This document shows, in pieces, positions 1 through 9,967 of a stretch of 64,000 bases of DNA. The notes beneath the pieces were generated by a model, which was not told the DNA's origin, did no database searches, and was given only the letters and a program-made list of their open reading frames with translations. Source of the stretch: an uncultured Clavibacter sp. (GTDB lineage Bacteria; Actinomycetota; Actinomycetes; Nanopelagicales; Nanopelagicaceae); contig CAZZIN010000003.1 of NCBI GenBank assembly GCA_964654425.1, forward strand, positions 1,812 to 65,811, written 5' to 3'. The position numbers and the translations under genes are program-made. The first letter of the stretch is position 1, and each line of letters begins with the position of its first letter.

Positions 1-357
1 TCCCCCAAATCGATAAGTCGGATAGGCAATTTTCGGTATCAAAATCCGCTTTGCCTCTAACAAGAAGGGCAATAGCGCCACCATCTCTTTAGATCCGATC
101 GTAGGCAAGAGATCAAACTCGCCCGTCGCGCCCAAGATTTTGCCGGCGTAATTTATTATCGCTTCGCGCAACTCTTTACTTCCCGTTGTGACGGGGTAAC
201 TGGGTGAATTAGATGAATCACGAAGTTCTATTTGTATGAATTCGGGAGTGGCATCAACTGGGGTTCCTTGCGAAAGATCAATCGCACCTTGCGGGTGGGA
301 CTTCGCCCGCTGCCCATATGGGGCGAGGGCATCCCAAGGAAAATCAGGGAGTTTCAA
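1..357 (-). CDS. dapC: N-succinyldiaminopimelate aminotransferase (class-I aminotransferase), N-terminal part; runs off the window
   Basis: Not in the ORF track. Manual minus-strand translation from TTG at 357 gives MKLPDFPWDALAPYGQRAKSHPQGAIDLSQGTPVDATPEFIQIELRDSSNSPSYPVTTGSKELREAIINYAGKILGATGEFDLLPTIGSKEMVALLPFLLEAKRILIPKIAYPTYRFGG, open to position 1. The LPxFPWDxL N-terminus and GSKE motif are typical of actinobacterial DapC. It lies directly downstream of the ferredoxin gene, as in mycobacteria. Confidence 0.7.
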   Translation of the reverse strand, partial: MKLPDFPWDALAPYGQRAKSHPQGAIDLSQGTPVDATPEFIQIELRDSSNSPSYPVTTGSKELREAIINYAGKILGATGEFDLLPTIGSKEMVALLPFLLEAKRILIPKIAYPTYRFGG

Positions 358-363
358 AAAGCC

Positions 364-687
364 CTAGTTCTCAGGCTTCTTTTCAATCTGCAGAAGCCTC
401 GGGTGATCCTTGCCGGTTGACCCAACTTTGCTTGCGCCCCCTGGTGAACCCAATTCGTTGAAGAATTCAGAGTTAACTTCTTTGAACTCTCCCCATTGAG
501 AAGGGACATCATCTTCATAGTAAATCGCTTCGACCGGACAGACCGGCTCGCAAGCGCCACAATCAACACATTCATCAGGCTGGATGTAAAGCATCCGATC
601 GCCTTCGTAGATGCAATCAACCGGACACTCCTCGATACAGGACTTGTCTTTGACGTCCACACACGGAAGTGCGATCACATATGTCAC
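364..687 (-). CDS. fdxA: 7Fe ferredoxin (3Fe-4S plus 4Fe-4S)
   Basis: MTYVIALPCVDVKDKSCIEECPVDCIYEG...CVDCGACEPVCPVEAI has two Cys clusters in the classic FdxA arrangement, in a 107-aa protein. Confidence 0.9.
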   Translation of the reverse strand: MTYVIALPCVDVKDKSCIEECPVDCIYEGDRMLYIQPDECVDCGACEPVCPVEAIYYEDDVPSQWGEFKEVNSEFFNELGSPGGASKVGSTGKDHPRLLQIEKKPEN

Positions 688-738
688 GAGCGACTCCTTA
701 CTTGATGAGAGAACCCAATCCTACAGAATCGTAGATAA

Positions 739-2166
739 TTGAGAGGTATGAAGCGCGCTGATGCAGCACCGCTTGCGATTTACGACACCCTATCCCGTGA
801 AGTTAGGGAAGTCGTTGCAAGTGATGGCCAGACTATTCGCATCTATTGCTGCGGCCCAACCGTCTATCGCGATGCCCATGTAGGAAACCTTCGGACATTC
901 CTACTAGCTGACTTGGTGAGAAGAAGACTTGAATTCTCAGGATTAAAGGTGCGACTAGTTCAGAACATAACCGATGTCGGACATATGAGCGAAGATTTTG
1001 AGGAGGACAAGATGCTCGCCGCTTCGAAAGCTGAACGGAGGGATCCCTACTCCATTGCGCGCGAGTACGAGCAGCGTTTCCATGAAGATTGCCGAGCTTT
1101 GAATATCACCCCTGCCGACCTCTACCCGCGTGCAAGTGAATGTATTGATTTAATGATTGATGCCATTAATGAATTAATTGCACAGGGTTTTGCTTATCAA
1201 GGTGAGGATGGTTCGGTTTATTTCGATGCGACAAAATTTGAAAGTTATGGCGCCCTCAGCGGTAATCGTCTAGATGCGCTAAAACCGGGACATCGGTACG
1301 AATTCACAGAGGCAGGAGCAAAACATTTCCATGCAGATTGGGCGCTTTGGAAGGCCGCCGGAGGGCGAAGCGAAATGATTTGGGAAACCCCATGGGGACG
1401 CGGTTTTCCTGGTTGGCATATTGAATGCTCTGCTATGTCACTTAAATATTTAGATAGCAAAGTTGACCTGCATATCGGCGGAATCGATCTTCGCTTCCCA
1501 CATCATGAAAATGAAAGAGCACAATCAAATCCTCTTATCAAAGGAGCACGAGACGAAGAAGCCGTAACCCTCTGGTTGCATGGTGAGCATCTTCTCTTTG
1601 AGGGTCGAAAGATGTCGAAGAGCTCTGGAAATGTCGTACTTATCAGAGATGTAATGGACCGAGGAATAGATCCATTAGCGGTGCGCTTCTGCTTTATGGA
1701 GAATCGATATCGAAGTCAGATGGATCTCTCGTGGAGCTCGATTCAAGCAGCACATTCACTCCTTGAAAGATGGCGAAAGCTTTATCAAGAGTGGTTAGTA
1801 GAGGCACCCAATAAATCTCCGTCGGTTCTAACGATTATTGCCGAGATTGCTCGACATTTCAGCGATGATTTAGATACACCTCAAGCCATTTTAAAATTAC
1901 GCGCGATTGAAAAATCCTCTCTTTCATCTAGTGAGAAACGCGCTCTATTCGAGGGAATTGATAGTTTATTCGGACTTGATTTGCTCACTTTGAGAGTTGC
2001 AAGATCGCTCCCAGATGGTGCAGCTAACTTGATTGAAGCAAGAGCCACGGCAAGAACAAACCGGGACTTCAAAAAAAGTGATGAGTTGCGTGACCAATTG
2101 GCCCAGCTTGGCATCGAAGTTAGGGATACAGCAGATGGTCAAGAGTGGAGTTGGAAGATCAACTAA
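739..2166 (+). CDS. cysS: cysteine--tRNA ligase (start may be the ATG at 748)
   Basis: Class-I signatures CGPTVYRDAHVGNLRT (HIGH-like), GWHIECSAM, FPHHENE and KMSKSSGN. The C-terminal LIEARATARTNRDFKKSDELRDQLAQLGIEVRDTADGQEWSW resembles the CysRS anticodon-binding tail that MshC lacks. Confidence 0.8.
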   Translation: MRGMKRADAAPLAIYDTLSREVREVVASDGQTIRIYCCGPTVYRDAHVGNLRTFLLADLVRRRLEFSGLKVRLVQNITDVGHMSEDFEEDKMLAASKAERRDPYSIAREYEQRFHEDCRALNITPADLYPRASECIDLMIDAINELIAQGFAYQGEDGSVYFDATKFESYGALSGNRLDALKPGHRYEFTEAGAKHFHADWALWKAAGGRSEMIWETPWGRGFPGWHIECSAMSLKYLDSKVDLHIGGIDLRFPHHENERAQSNPLIKGARDEEAVTLWLHGEHLLFEGRKMSKSSGNVVLIRDVMDRGIDPLAVRFCFMENRYRSQMDLSWSSIQAAHSLLERWRKLYQEWLVEAPNKSPSVLTIIAEIARHFSDDLDTPQAILKLRAIEKSSLSSSEKRALFEGIDSLFGLDLLTLRVARSLPDGAANLIEARATARTNRDFKKSDELRDQLAQLGIEVRDTADGQEWSWKIN

Positions 2167-2180
2167 ATTTAGTAAAGTTT

Positions 2181-2498
2181 TTACTTCTTGGCACGAAGCG
2201 TAAAAATCACAATCAGCCCAGCCCCACAAAGTACAAAGACATTTCCATATAGATTCGCCTCGATTAAAAGCTCACCACCGTTTCCAACCGTTGATCCCCG
2301 TACGACTATCAGCGACCAACCGATAAGAAATAGCCAAGAGCTCAAAGTAGAGCGATACATCTCTTTAACCAAATGCACACCAAAGAGGATTGCAGTCAAC
2401 GAGATAATTACTCCAAAGGGCCGGTAACTGTTGTGGAGAAATACTCCCGAAATGCCGACTGCTACGCCAAAGACAAGCGCGACTAAGTTCTTGATCAT
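2181..2498 (-). CDS. small integral membrane protein (about 3 TM helices), function unknown
   Basis: Hydrophobic 105-aa ORF. Its start overlaps the mshB stop in an ATGA, suggesting translational coupling. Confidence 0.5.
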   Translation of the reverse strand: MIKNLVALVFGVAVGISGVFLHNSYRPFGVIISLTAILFGVHLVKEMYRSTLSSWLFLIGWSLIVVRGSTVGNGGELLIEANLYGNVFVLCGAGLIVIFTLRAKK

Positions 2499-3370
2499 TT
2501 CAACTCCACACCAGCGAAGAGATCAAGCTCGCGGCCGGCATCATCAAAGGGGGCGGACTTCTCTCCTCTAACAAGGCGATAGAACTCTCTCCCCCAAACT
2601 TTGAAACCAAGATTGTCAGAAAGGGCGAAGAATGGTCCATCTACTGCAATCTGCGTCGGATGTGCTTTCATCGCGGCCATCTTTCGCTCGACAAACTCAT
2701 CACCATTGAAAACAGTTGTAACTAAATGATCCGGCGCTGCAAAGGGAAAGTCTTCTGCTTTCTCGACTCCGAAGAAATCAACCCCTGTGCCCTTCATCGC
2801 TGCGATTCCCTCCTCAATTACGGAGACTGGGATTGTGTTCCAATAGATTTTCTGTATTTCCCAGCCATTCACTTGAGCTAACTCGGCAGCTCGCATGGCT
2901 ACTTGGTGTGCCTTAATGTGGTCCGGGTGACCATAACCGCCATTCTCATCGTAAGTGATTAATACATGAGGTTTGATCTCAAGGATTATCTTCTCCAAAT
3001 GGCGAGCCGCATCATCTAAATCGCAATTCCAAAACACATCAGCACGTTCGTTTTGGGGCGTACCAATCATTCCGCTATCGCGCCAGGAATTTGTAGGCGC
3101 TCCTAAGAACCTAAAGTCTCTAACTCCGAGTTCGCGCATCGCAGCTGCTAGTTCAATTTCACGATGAGCACCAAGTCCATCTTCTTTATCACTTGCTAGA
3201 TGTGCTAATTCTGGGACTAAGATTTCGCCCTCTTCACCGCGAGTACAAGTAACTAGAGTTACATGTGCTCCACGAGCAACGTAAGCAGCCATGGTTGCCC
3301 CGTTATTGATGGATTCATCATCGGGATGCGCATGAACGAGAAGAAGTCTTGGTTGAATTGACGAAATCAT
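2495..3370 (-). CDS. mshB: LmbE/PIG-L family deacetylase, MshB-like (GlcNAc-Ins deacetylase of mycothiol synthesis)
   Basis: N-terminal LLLVHAHPDDESINNGATMAAY and HPDH motifs, 291 aa. Length and motifs match MshB/Mca-type enzymes. Confidence 0.75.
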   Translation of the reverse strand: MISSIQPRLLLVHAHPDDESINNGATMAAYVARGAHVTLVTCTRGEEGEILVPELAHLASDKEDGLGAHREIELAAAMRELGVRDFRFLGAPTNSWRDSGMIGTPQNERADVFWNCDLDDAARHLEKIILEIKPHVLITYDENGGYGHPDHIKAHQVAMRAAELAQVNGWEIQKIYWNTIPVSVIEEGIAAMKGTGVDFFGVEKAEDFPFAAPDHLVTTVFNGDEFVERKMAAMKAHPTQIAVDGPFFALSDNLGFKVWGREFYRLVRGEKSAPFDDAGRELDLFAGVELK

Positions 3371-3396
3371 TTCGAGGCAAGCGTACCGGCTTACTT

Positions 3397-3411
3397 TTGA
3401 CTACTAGTTAA
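3397..3411. promoter_or_regulatory. imperfect palindrome TTGACTA-C-TAGTTAA, candidate TetR operator / -35 region in the mshB-tetR divergent spacer
   Basis: Read directly; 6 of 7 arm positions are complementary. It sits in the 61-bp divergent intergenic region upstream of the TetR gene. Confidence 0.25.
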
Positions 3412-3431
3412 TTCTCCTTATTAGGCCTAAT

Positions 3432-4061
3432 ATGCGCGTGATGAGTAGCACAGAAATCAAGAGCGAACCTAAGTCTCGACTTCCGCGAGACGAGCGGAGA
3501 GCGCAACTTCTTGTCGCTGCGCTCGAGATATTCACCGCTTCTGGTTACCACGCTGCTTCGATGGATGAGATCGCCGAGCGCGCTAGCGTAAGTAAGCCTG
3601 TTCTCTATCAGCACTTTCCATCAAAGTTAGATCTTTATCTCGCTGTACTTGATTTGCATATTGACTCGCTTGTATTTGCGATCCAAAAAGCGATCGCCTC
3701 CACTCGAGATAATAGAAATCGCGTTAAGGCAACGATTGAGGCCTACTTTGGATTCATCGAGGGTGAGGGCGAAGCGTTTCGACTCCTCTTTGAGAGTGAT
3801 ATGAGTGTTGAGCCGCAAGTTCGCGAACGCCTTGAACGCATGAGCTACGACTGTGCGGTCGCAGTGAGCGCTGTCATTTCAGCGGATACTGGCCTGCCGA
3901 AAGATGAGTCGATGATTCTTGCAATTGGCCTAATTGGTTGCGCGCAAATCACGGCACGGCATTGGTTAGAAAAGGGTGGCAAGATCGATAGAACTCAAGC
4001 CAGCACATTGATTTCAAGTCTTCTCTGGCGAGGAATCTCAGGTTTCCCTCTCAATAAGTAA
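3432..4061 (+). CDS. TetR/AcrR family transcriptional regulator
   Basis: N-terminal HTH RRAQLLVAALEIFTASGYHAASMDEIAERASVSKPVLYQHFPSK, 209 aa. Confidence 0.85.
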   Translation: MRVMSSTEIKSEPKSRLPRDERRAQLLVAALEIFTASGYHAASMDEIAERASVSKPVLYQHFPSKLDLYLAVLDLHIDSLVFAIQKAIASTRDNRNRVKATIEAYFGFIEGEGEAFRLLFESDMSVEPQVRERLERMSYDCAVAVSAVISADTGLPKDESMILAIGLIGCAQITARHWLEKGGKIDRTQASTLISSLLWRGISGFPLNK

Positions 4062-4108
4062 CTTTTCTTCCAAGTAGCAGTTCTATTGGTTTTGAATAGA
4101 ATCGCCAT

Positions 4109-4372
4109 ATGACAACTAAGAAAAGCGCCAAAAGCGATAGCGCAAAGAGTGAAGTAAGACTTGCGATATCCGATCAAGCTCGTGAGATAACTATCGAAGT
4201 CTCACTCGACCGCGAAGAGGTTCTTAGCCTGATAAAGAAGTCAATCGCTTCGAATGAGCCGCTAGTTCTCTCGGATGTCCGAGGTCGAAATTATCTGATT
4301 CCTTCGGCAAAGATCAGTTCGGTTGAAATCGGCGATAGCGCTGAACGGCGCGTTGGATTTGCTGGACTTTAA
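4109..4372 (+). CDS. DUF3107 family protein (TB9.4-like)
   Basis: 87 aa. The pattern ...VRLAISDQAREITIEV...LVLSDVRGRNYLIPSAKISSVEIGDSAERRVGF matches the conserved actinobacterial DUF3107 pattern. It sits next to a TetR gene, as in mycobacteria. Confidence 0.7.
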   Translation: MTTKKSAKSDSAKSEVRLAISDQAREITIEVSLDREEVLSLIKKSIASNEPLVLSDVRGRNYLIPSAKISSVEIGDSAERRVGFAGL

Positions 4373-5067
4373 AGCAGGCCGACTTCTTCAAGTAGTGAAT
4401 ACCCGAGCTCTCTAAAGTCAGACGCCATCTCTGAATGAGGAAACTCGCTTAATACCGAGCGAGTCGACAGTTGGGATGAAAGAATCGATGGATCACGACG
4501 GATTGCAATATCAAAAAATTTGAAATCCTCACTAACTGCTTTGTGTAACTCCTCGTCCCAAGGATTCATACGGTTTTCTAATAGGCGAATTACAGGCTGC
4601 TTCGTGCTCTTGGAGACAAAATCGCGAAGGTTTAGAGCGCCGCGAATCGAAAGCATGCTGCCATCTATCGGAGTGATGATTTCATCGGCAAAATCAACGA
4701 GAGGGGCTGTTAGAACATGCGGACCTGTCGGGCTATCTACAAGCACAATGTCATAATCCTTAAGTTGTAGTTCTAATCGATCCATCCCTTTAAACTCTGT
4801 ATGAAATAACCTGCTTGCACTTGGAATGAGTGAAAAGCGATCTGTGGTCTTTACGATCGCATTTTCGAGTTTTACTTCGCCATCGAATAGCTCTCGAGTC
4901 GAATATCTTGGATTCTCAACGCCACAGAGAAACGTGAGTGCTGCACCCGGGTCCGCGTCTATCACAAGCGCCCGCTTTCCATATTCGGCGATTGCAGTTG
5001 CTAGAGAATGCACCGTTGTTGTCTTTCCAGTTCCGCCAGCAAGGTTTGCGACTAAAAATTTCTTCAT
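4369..5067 (-). CDS. ParA/MinD-like P-loop ATPase (orphan)
   Basis: Deviant Walker A VANLAGGTGKTTT, then VIDADPG and LVDSP motifs, 232 aa. Confidence 0.8.
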   Translation of the reverse strand: MKKFLVANLAGGTGKTTTVHSLATAIAEYGKRALVIDADPGAALTFLCGVENPRYSTRELFDGEVKLENAIVKTTDRFSLIPSASRLFHTEFKGMDRLELQLKDYDIVLVDSPTGPHVLTAPLVDFADEIITPIDGSMLSIRGALNLRDFVSKSTKQPVIRLLENRMNPWDEELHKAVSEDFKFFDIAIRRDPSILSSQLSTRSVLSEFPHSEMASDFRELGYSLLEEVGLL

Positions 5068-5843
5068 GAAGCCTGGCCCATTCGCGTCTTTGCTTCTCGA
5101 AGTTGTGGGCTCTCTCTAAACCAACTAGGAAGTGCTGATAGTGCAGTACGAGTTGCTTTTAACGCTAGGTCGGTCGGCACTTCTTGACCGGGAAGATTTG
5201 GCCAACCATAAAGCTTGCGAGCCCACCTTGGAAGCGCTGCTGCGGCTAGCGATGCAATACCGCCCCAAAGTGGTGCAATCGGAGTTCCAAATCGCAAGAT
5301 TGGTGGAAGTGGAGGGAGCGCAATAAAAAGTGCAGCGCGCTTCGCATCATCACTTGCTTCAAGTTCTGGTTGGATATTTCGGAAGTAATCTTCAAGTTCG
5401 CTCTTGTTCTTAGGTGTGTTGGCCGGATCAATCCCAACAAGTTCTGCGAATTTCACCATCTCCAGTAGATATTGATCAACTTCAGCGGCAGTTAACTTCA
5501 AGCCGGAACGAATTGCTGTATCTAAGAATGCATCGACCATAGCCATGTGAACCCAGAGCAGAAGGTGTGGATCATTAAGCTTCAACTTTGAATGAATCAT
5601 CCGAACTCGCGCAGCTAGTTTCTCTGCATCTTCTTTCTTTGAGAATGTCAGAGTTCCAACATAATCCCCAGTTCGCTGCAACCGTCCCCATGCATCTTCA
5701 CGAAAGTTCGAGTGGGCAGCCACACCAGACATCGCCCCGGGGTGTAGCGCTTGTTCCAGAAGCGCCCTGATTCCACCTATCAACATCGAAGGATCGGAGT
5801 GAATCTTCCAAGTGACGCTATCTGGGGCGAAGAAACCATCCAT
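5064..5843 (-). CDS. DUF2236 (MpaB-like oxygenase) family protein
   Basis: FAPDSVTWKIHSDPSMLIGGIRALLEQALHPGAMSGVAAHS is the typical DUF2236 N-terminal signature. ATGA overlap with the ParA-like gene. Confidence 0.7.
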   Translation of the reverse strand: MDGFFAPDSVTWKIHSDPSMLIGGIRALLEQALHPGAMSGVAAHSNFREDAWGRLQRTGDYVGTLTFSKKEDAEKLAARVRMIHSKLKLNDPHLLLWVHMAMVDAFLDTAIRSGLKLTAAEVDQYLLEMVKFAELVGIDPANTPKNKSELEDYFRNIQPELEASDDAKRAALFIALPPLPPILRFGTPIAPLWGGIASLAAAALPRWARKLYGWPNLPGQEVPTDLALKATRTALSALPSWFRESPQLREAKTRMGQAS

Positions 5844-6448
5844 CAGAGCAGACCCTTAACTCCGGTCATCACCATTTCAAATGCAATCGCAGCCGTAAGT
5901 AAACCGGCAACTTTTGCAAGAAGAGCGACTCCGGTCTCTTTTATCACCGAGATGATTCGAGTTGAGAACATCAGGGTAAGCCCGATGACGATGTGCGCTC
6001 CGATAACCGCGCCTGCTAAACCGAGCGCTGTTTGGGCTCCTTCAACCTTTGAGGCAAAAAGCATGATGGTGACGATCGCACCTGGACCGGCGAGCAGCGG
6101 AGTTCCGAGTGGGACTAGCGCGACATTCTTCTCACCACTCTTTTCTGGGTCATTATCAATTCCTTTTAGTAAATCAAGTGAGATAAGAAGGAGCAATAGT
6201 CCGCCCGCGCCTTGAAGTGCAGATATGGAAATCTCTAAGTAGTCCACTATGAATTGACCGAAAATCGCAAAAATCGTGATTATGAGTAATGAAGTTGCGG
6301 CTGCCAGCCAAGCCATCCTTACTTGTTCGCGCCTCTCCTTACCGCCGACCAATGATAGAAATAGCGGCGCTGCACCCGGCGGATCGAGAATTACAAGCAG
6401 AGTTACAAAGGCCTGTAGTCCAAAGGTAAGGGCGGTTAATTCATTCAT
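5843..6448 (-). CDS. MarC (UPF0056) family integral membrane protein
   Basis: Multi-TM protein with ILDPPGAAPLFLSL and LGTPLLAGPGAI motifs. I chose the start at MNEL (6448), directly after the upstream PHP stop. The longer ORF to 6496 overlaps the PHP gene. Confidence 0.75.
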   Translation of the reverse strand: MNELTALTFGLQAFVTLLVILDPPGAAPLFLSLVGGKERREQVRMAWLAAATSLLIITIFAIFGQFIVDYLEISISALQGAGGLLLLLISLDLLKGIDNDPEKSGEKNVALVPLGTPLLAGPGAIVTIMLFASKVEGAQTALGLAGAVIGAHIVIGLTLMFSTRIISVIKETGVALLAKVAGLLTAAIAFEMVMTGVKGLL

Positions 6449-7308
6449 CGCCGTACCACTCTTCTTCTCATTGCCTTCGCCTCTAACCTCTCCCATTGCT
6501 CCGGATGGGTGGTGAATTCTGCAAGTTGATTCAGCTTTCCTGTGCCGTGATAATCGCTACTGCCAGTCACGACAAGTTCATGTTCTATTGCAAGTCTTAG
6601 AAGCGCCGCCCGTTCTATCTCGTTGTGATCTCGATGATCTACTTCAATGCCATCTAATCCTGCTCCGATTAACTTTGTAAGTGTCTCTGGCTTGATAGTC
6701 CTGCCACTTCTCGAGGCTAATGGATGGGCAATCACAGCAACTCCTCCTGCCTCCTTGATTAGCTGGATTGCGCGTTCTGGGGTTGGTGAATAGTGGTTTA
6801 TATAGAACTTCGAGCCGTTGTGGAGGAAAATCTTGAAAGCTTCGTCGCGACTAGCAACATGGCCTTTCGCGACTAAAGCATCAGCTAGGTGAGGTCGACC
6901 AAGAGTTGCGTCGTCTCGTTTCTGGGCATGGACTTCTTCAAGGGTGATGTCGATTCCTGCATCATTTAATCTTGCGATTATCCGAGACATTCTCGTCACT
7001 CTATGTTCACGAGTCTTTTCAAATTCTTCAATCAGCGGGGCGTACTCGGGATCAAATAACAGGCCCAGCATATGAATGCTGGTGCCATCTTCATCTTGGC
7101 ACGAGACTTCAGAACCAAGTACCAGCTCCATATTTGAGCCAGATGGATGCTCTTTTAGCGCGGTGATTGCTTCGCTCCATCCTCCAACGGTGTCGTGATC
7201 TGTTAGAGCCAAGAGATCAATACCACGCGAAATCGCCTTATCAATCAGCGCATGGGGTGAGTCAGTTCCATCGCTTGCGATTGAGTGGGTATGAAGATCA
7301 ATTAACAC
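6445..7308 (-). CDS. PHP-domain metal-dependent phosphoesterase (TrpH/YciV-like)
   Basis: MLIDLHTHSIASDGTDSP, LALTDHDT and AHP motifs, 287 aa. Confidence 0.85.
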   Translation of the reverse strand: MLIDLHTHSIASDGTDSPHALIDKAISRGIDLLALTDHDTVGGWSEAITALKEHPSGSNMELVLGSEVSCQDEDGTSIHMLGLLFDPEYAPLIEEFEKTREHRVTRMSRIIARLNDAGIDITLEEVHAQKRDDATLGRPHLADALVAKGHVASRDEAFKIFLHNGSKFYINHYSPTPERAIQLIKEAGGVAVIAHPLASRSGRTIKPETLTKLIGAGLDGIEVDHRDHNEIERAALLRLAIEHELVVTGSSDYHGTGKLNQLAEFTTHPEQWERLEAKAMRRRVVRR

Positions 7309-7328
7309 TCGGGAAGTTTACCGGTTGA

Positions 7329-8219
7329 TTAACTTTCTCTCTTACCTTTAGAAACGAAGACGGCGCAACCCAAGAGGATCAATACCAGGCCGGGCACTGT
7401 TCCTAGTGGTGGTAATTGCCCTAACCACCAGAACGCAAGTAATGCGCTCACCGGAACTTCAAAGAAAACAACTAGAGAGACGACTGCAGGAGATAGATTC
7501 TTCAATGTGAAATTTAAAATCGTATGACCCAGAATCTGGGCGCCCGCAATCAGAGCAAGAAGCAATAACCATTCACGAGCGGAGAAATCAATCAATTCCG
7601 ATCCATTGATGAGCGCAAAGAAGAGAGAGATAAATGCGCAAGTTAAGTAGGCAATTGAAGTATAAGTGGGTGTAGAAACTGTCTCCCTCGCTTTAGCGCC
7701 AACAACTACATAAGTGGCTGATAGCGCTGCGCACGCAATTGCTGCCAAATCACCAATGAATGCGCGGGTTGAGATCTGTAAGTCAACGCCCGTAATTATT
7801 AGCACGCCGATAAATGCCAGCGCCATTCCAGTCCAGGCGCGACGCGGAATCTCACCCCCCAAGCGCTTTACAAAGTAGGTCGCAAATAACGGTTGTAACG
7901 CAGTCAACGCTGTTCCAGTAGCAACGCTTGTGTAACGCATTGCGATGAAGAATCCGATGAAGTGAAGTGCGAGTGCTACTCCCGATAAAAATGAATATTT
8001 CAATCCTGTCTTTATCTTCGGATCGCGCCGATCAAGGTTACGAAAGGCCCAGGGAAGAACTAAGAGGAATCCGCCCATGTTTCGCCAGAAGATGAGTGTG
8101 AGGATGGGCATCGCACTCAAGGCGATTACCGGACCTGATGTACCAATCCCAATGATTACGAGAGTCAATAGTCCAATTTCGCGACCAGATGGCAAGGTTG
8201 CATGATCTCGTTCGCGCAC
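7329..8219 (-). CDS. EamA/DMT superfamily transporter
   Basis: About 10 TM segments in two repeated halves, 296 aa. Confidence 0.8.
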   Translation of the reverse strand: MRERDHATLPSGREIGLLTLVIIGIGTSGPVIALSAMPILTLIFWRNMGGFLLVLPWAFRNLDRRDPKIKTGLKYSFLSGVALALHFIGFFIAMRYTSVATGTALTALQPLFATYFVKRLGGEIPRRAWTGMALAFIGVLIITGVDLQISTRAFIGDLAAIACAALSATYVVVGAKARETVSTPTYTSIAYLTCAFISLFFALINGSELIDFSAREWLLLLALIAGAQILGHTILNFTLKNLSPAVVSLVVFFEVPVSALLAFWWLGQLPPLGTVPGLVLILLGCAVFVSKGKRES

Positions 8220-8264
8220 GGCTCAACCGTACTATCCGATAGCCTTTCGCCATGGAGGTGCCCG

Positions 8265-9506
8265 ATGCTAAAAGAACAAATCAAATTGATTTTTCTCGCA
8301 AAGCTCGCTGGTACCCCGGTATTTGATCCAAACGGCGATCGAGTAGGGAAAATTCGCGACGCTGTCGCAACTAATCCATCACAGAGTCCAAATCCACGAA
8401 TACTCGGATATGTCGTAGAGATTCCACAACGGCGCAGAATCTTTATACCCGCAACTCGAGTTACTTCAATCAACGAGAGCGGCGTATTCATGAATGGCTC
8501 GTTAAATATTCGTCGATACCAACCTGGACGAGACGAAATCTCACTTCTCGAAGAACTATTAGACCGTGAAGTCCTTCTGCGTAATCAAGGCAAAGTCGTA
8601 GTTGTTGAAGATTTAGGGATGGAGTTTTCTGACTCCGGAGATTGGCGTTTGACTCTGGTTCATGTAAAGCAACGAGAAAGAGGTTTGAGAAAGAATCAAA
8701 CTTCTACGATAAGTTGGCAGGAAATTGAATTTGAGTCGCGCCTAACTTCACTTCCCGTGAAGCCTGAGAGCGATGAAATAAACGAGATGACTGCCCAAGA
8801 AATTGCTGCCAGATTGAGCGAATTGGAACTTCGCGACCAAGAGGAGATTGCAAGAGGACTAAACGATGACAAGCTCGCTGAGGTTTTAGAAGAGATGAAT
8901 GATTCGGATCGAGTTGCTTTGGTTAAGAGTCTTGAGGAGCAACGGGTAGCGGATGTCTTGGGTGAGATGGAACCTGATGATGTTGCTGACGTCTTGAAAG
9001 AAGTCGGTGGAACTACTGCTGAAGAATTGTTGAGTCTTATGGAAGAGACCGATGCAGAAGATATCCGGCGCTTGATGAAATATGAAGATTACTCAGCTGG
9101 AGGAATGATGACTACTGATCCAGTTATCTTGAATGTTGATGCAACTGTGGCTGATGCAATTGCAGCTGTTAGACGTAAAGAACTCGCGCCCGCTCTCTCT
9201 TCCCAAGTTTTCGTCTGCCGCGCTCCACTAGAGACGCCAACCGGGCGACTAATAGGTGTAATTCATCTACAACAACTATTGCGCGAGCCACCCACTTTAA
9301 ATCTCGGCCTGATTGTTGATGCCGCCCCTATAACGCTCTCGCCTGAGAGTGCTCTCAATGAAGTAGTTAGGCACCTTGCAAATTACAACTTGATAGCGCT
9401 TCCCATCGTAGATGAGAACGAACGCTTACTCGGCGCTGTGACTGTTGATGATGTGCTCGATCACTTGTTGCCTGAGAATTGGCGTAATCGCGAAGGGATG
9501 AAATAG
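8265..9506 (+). CDS. soluble MgtE-N / CBS-pair domain protein (no membrane domain)
   Basis: Acidic MgtE_N-like repeats (DKLAEVLEEMNDSDRVALVKSLEEQRVADVLGEMEPDDVADVL) followed by a CBS pair (GGMMTTDPVIL...LPIVDENERLLGAVTVDDVL). I chose the ATG at 8265, preceded by a GGAGGTG Shine-Dalgarno. The track ORF from 8202 would overlap the divergent EamA start. Confidence 0.75.
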   Translation: MLKEQIKLIFLAKLAGTPVFDPNGDRVGKIRDAVATNPSQSPNPRILGYVVEIPQRRRIFIPATRVTSINESGVFMNGSLNIRRYQPGRDEISLLEELLDREVLLRNQGKVVVVEDLGMEFSDSGDWRLTLVHVKQRERGLRKNQTSTISWQEIEFESRLTSLPVKPESDEINEMTAQEIAARLSELELRDQEEIARGLNDDKLAEVLEEMNDSDRVALVKSLEEQRVADVLGEMEPDDVADVLKEVGGTTAEELLSLMEETDAEDIRRLMKYEDYSAGGMMTTDPVILNVDATVADAIAAVRRKELAPALSSQVFVCRAPLETPTGRLIGVIHLQQLLREPPTLNLGLIVDAAPITLSPESALNEVVRHLANYNLIALPIVDENERLLGAVTVDDVLDHLLPENWRNREGMK

Positions 9507-9508
9507 GC

Positions 9509-9967
9509 ATGAAAGAAAAATCTAGGCTGTCAATTCCGCGCGAATCACGGCGCAGCATCAAGCCAAATTACGATCCAGAGACTCTAGGTCGCCTCTCCGA
9601 AAGGTTCGCAAGATTTATCGGAACGGCACGCTTCCTTGTTTACATGACAGTATTTGTGTTCTCTTGGGTAATTTGGAATAGCGTTGGGCCCCTTCAATAT
9701 CGTTTCGATGAATACCCATTCATTTTCTTAACTCTCTTGCTATCGCTTCAAGCTTCTTACGCTGCTCCCCTTATTTTGCTAGCCCAGAATCGACAGGCTG
9801 ATCGAGATCGCGTCACCTCACAAGATGATCGAAATCGGGATGAACGAAATCTTGCTGTTACCGAGTATATGGTCCGCGAACTTGCCGCAATGCGCAAAGA
9901 CTTGGTGGATGAAATCTCTAAACTAAAAGAAGAACTAGGTACTAAGCCCAAGCCGGACACCAAGTAA
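9509..9967 (+). CDS. DUF1003 membrane protein
   Basis: FDEYPFIFLTLLLSLQASYAAPLILLAQNRQADRDR is the DUF1003 signature. It pairs with the MgtE-N/CBS gene, as in other Actinobacteria. Confidence 0.75.
   Translation: MKEKSRLSIPRESRRSIKPNYDPETLGRLSERFARFIGTARFLVYMTVFVFSWVIWNSVGPLQYRFDEYPFIFLTLLLSLQASYAAPLILLAQNRQADRDRVTSQDDRNRDERNLAVTEYMVRELAAMRKDLVDEISKLKEELGTKPKPDTK

Noticed and set aside
739-2166. The possibility that the CysRS-like gene next to mshB is actually MshC, the mycothiol ligase.
   Set aside because: The protein is 475 aa and keeps the CysRS C-terminal anticodon-binding tail (…DELRDQLAQLGIEVRDTADGQEWSW) that MshC lacks. The adjacency to mshB is probably coincidental. A phylogeny would settle it.
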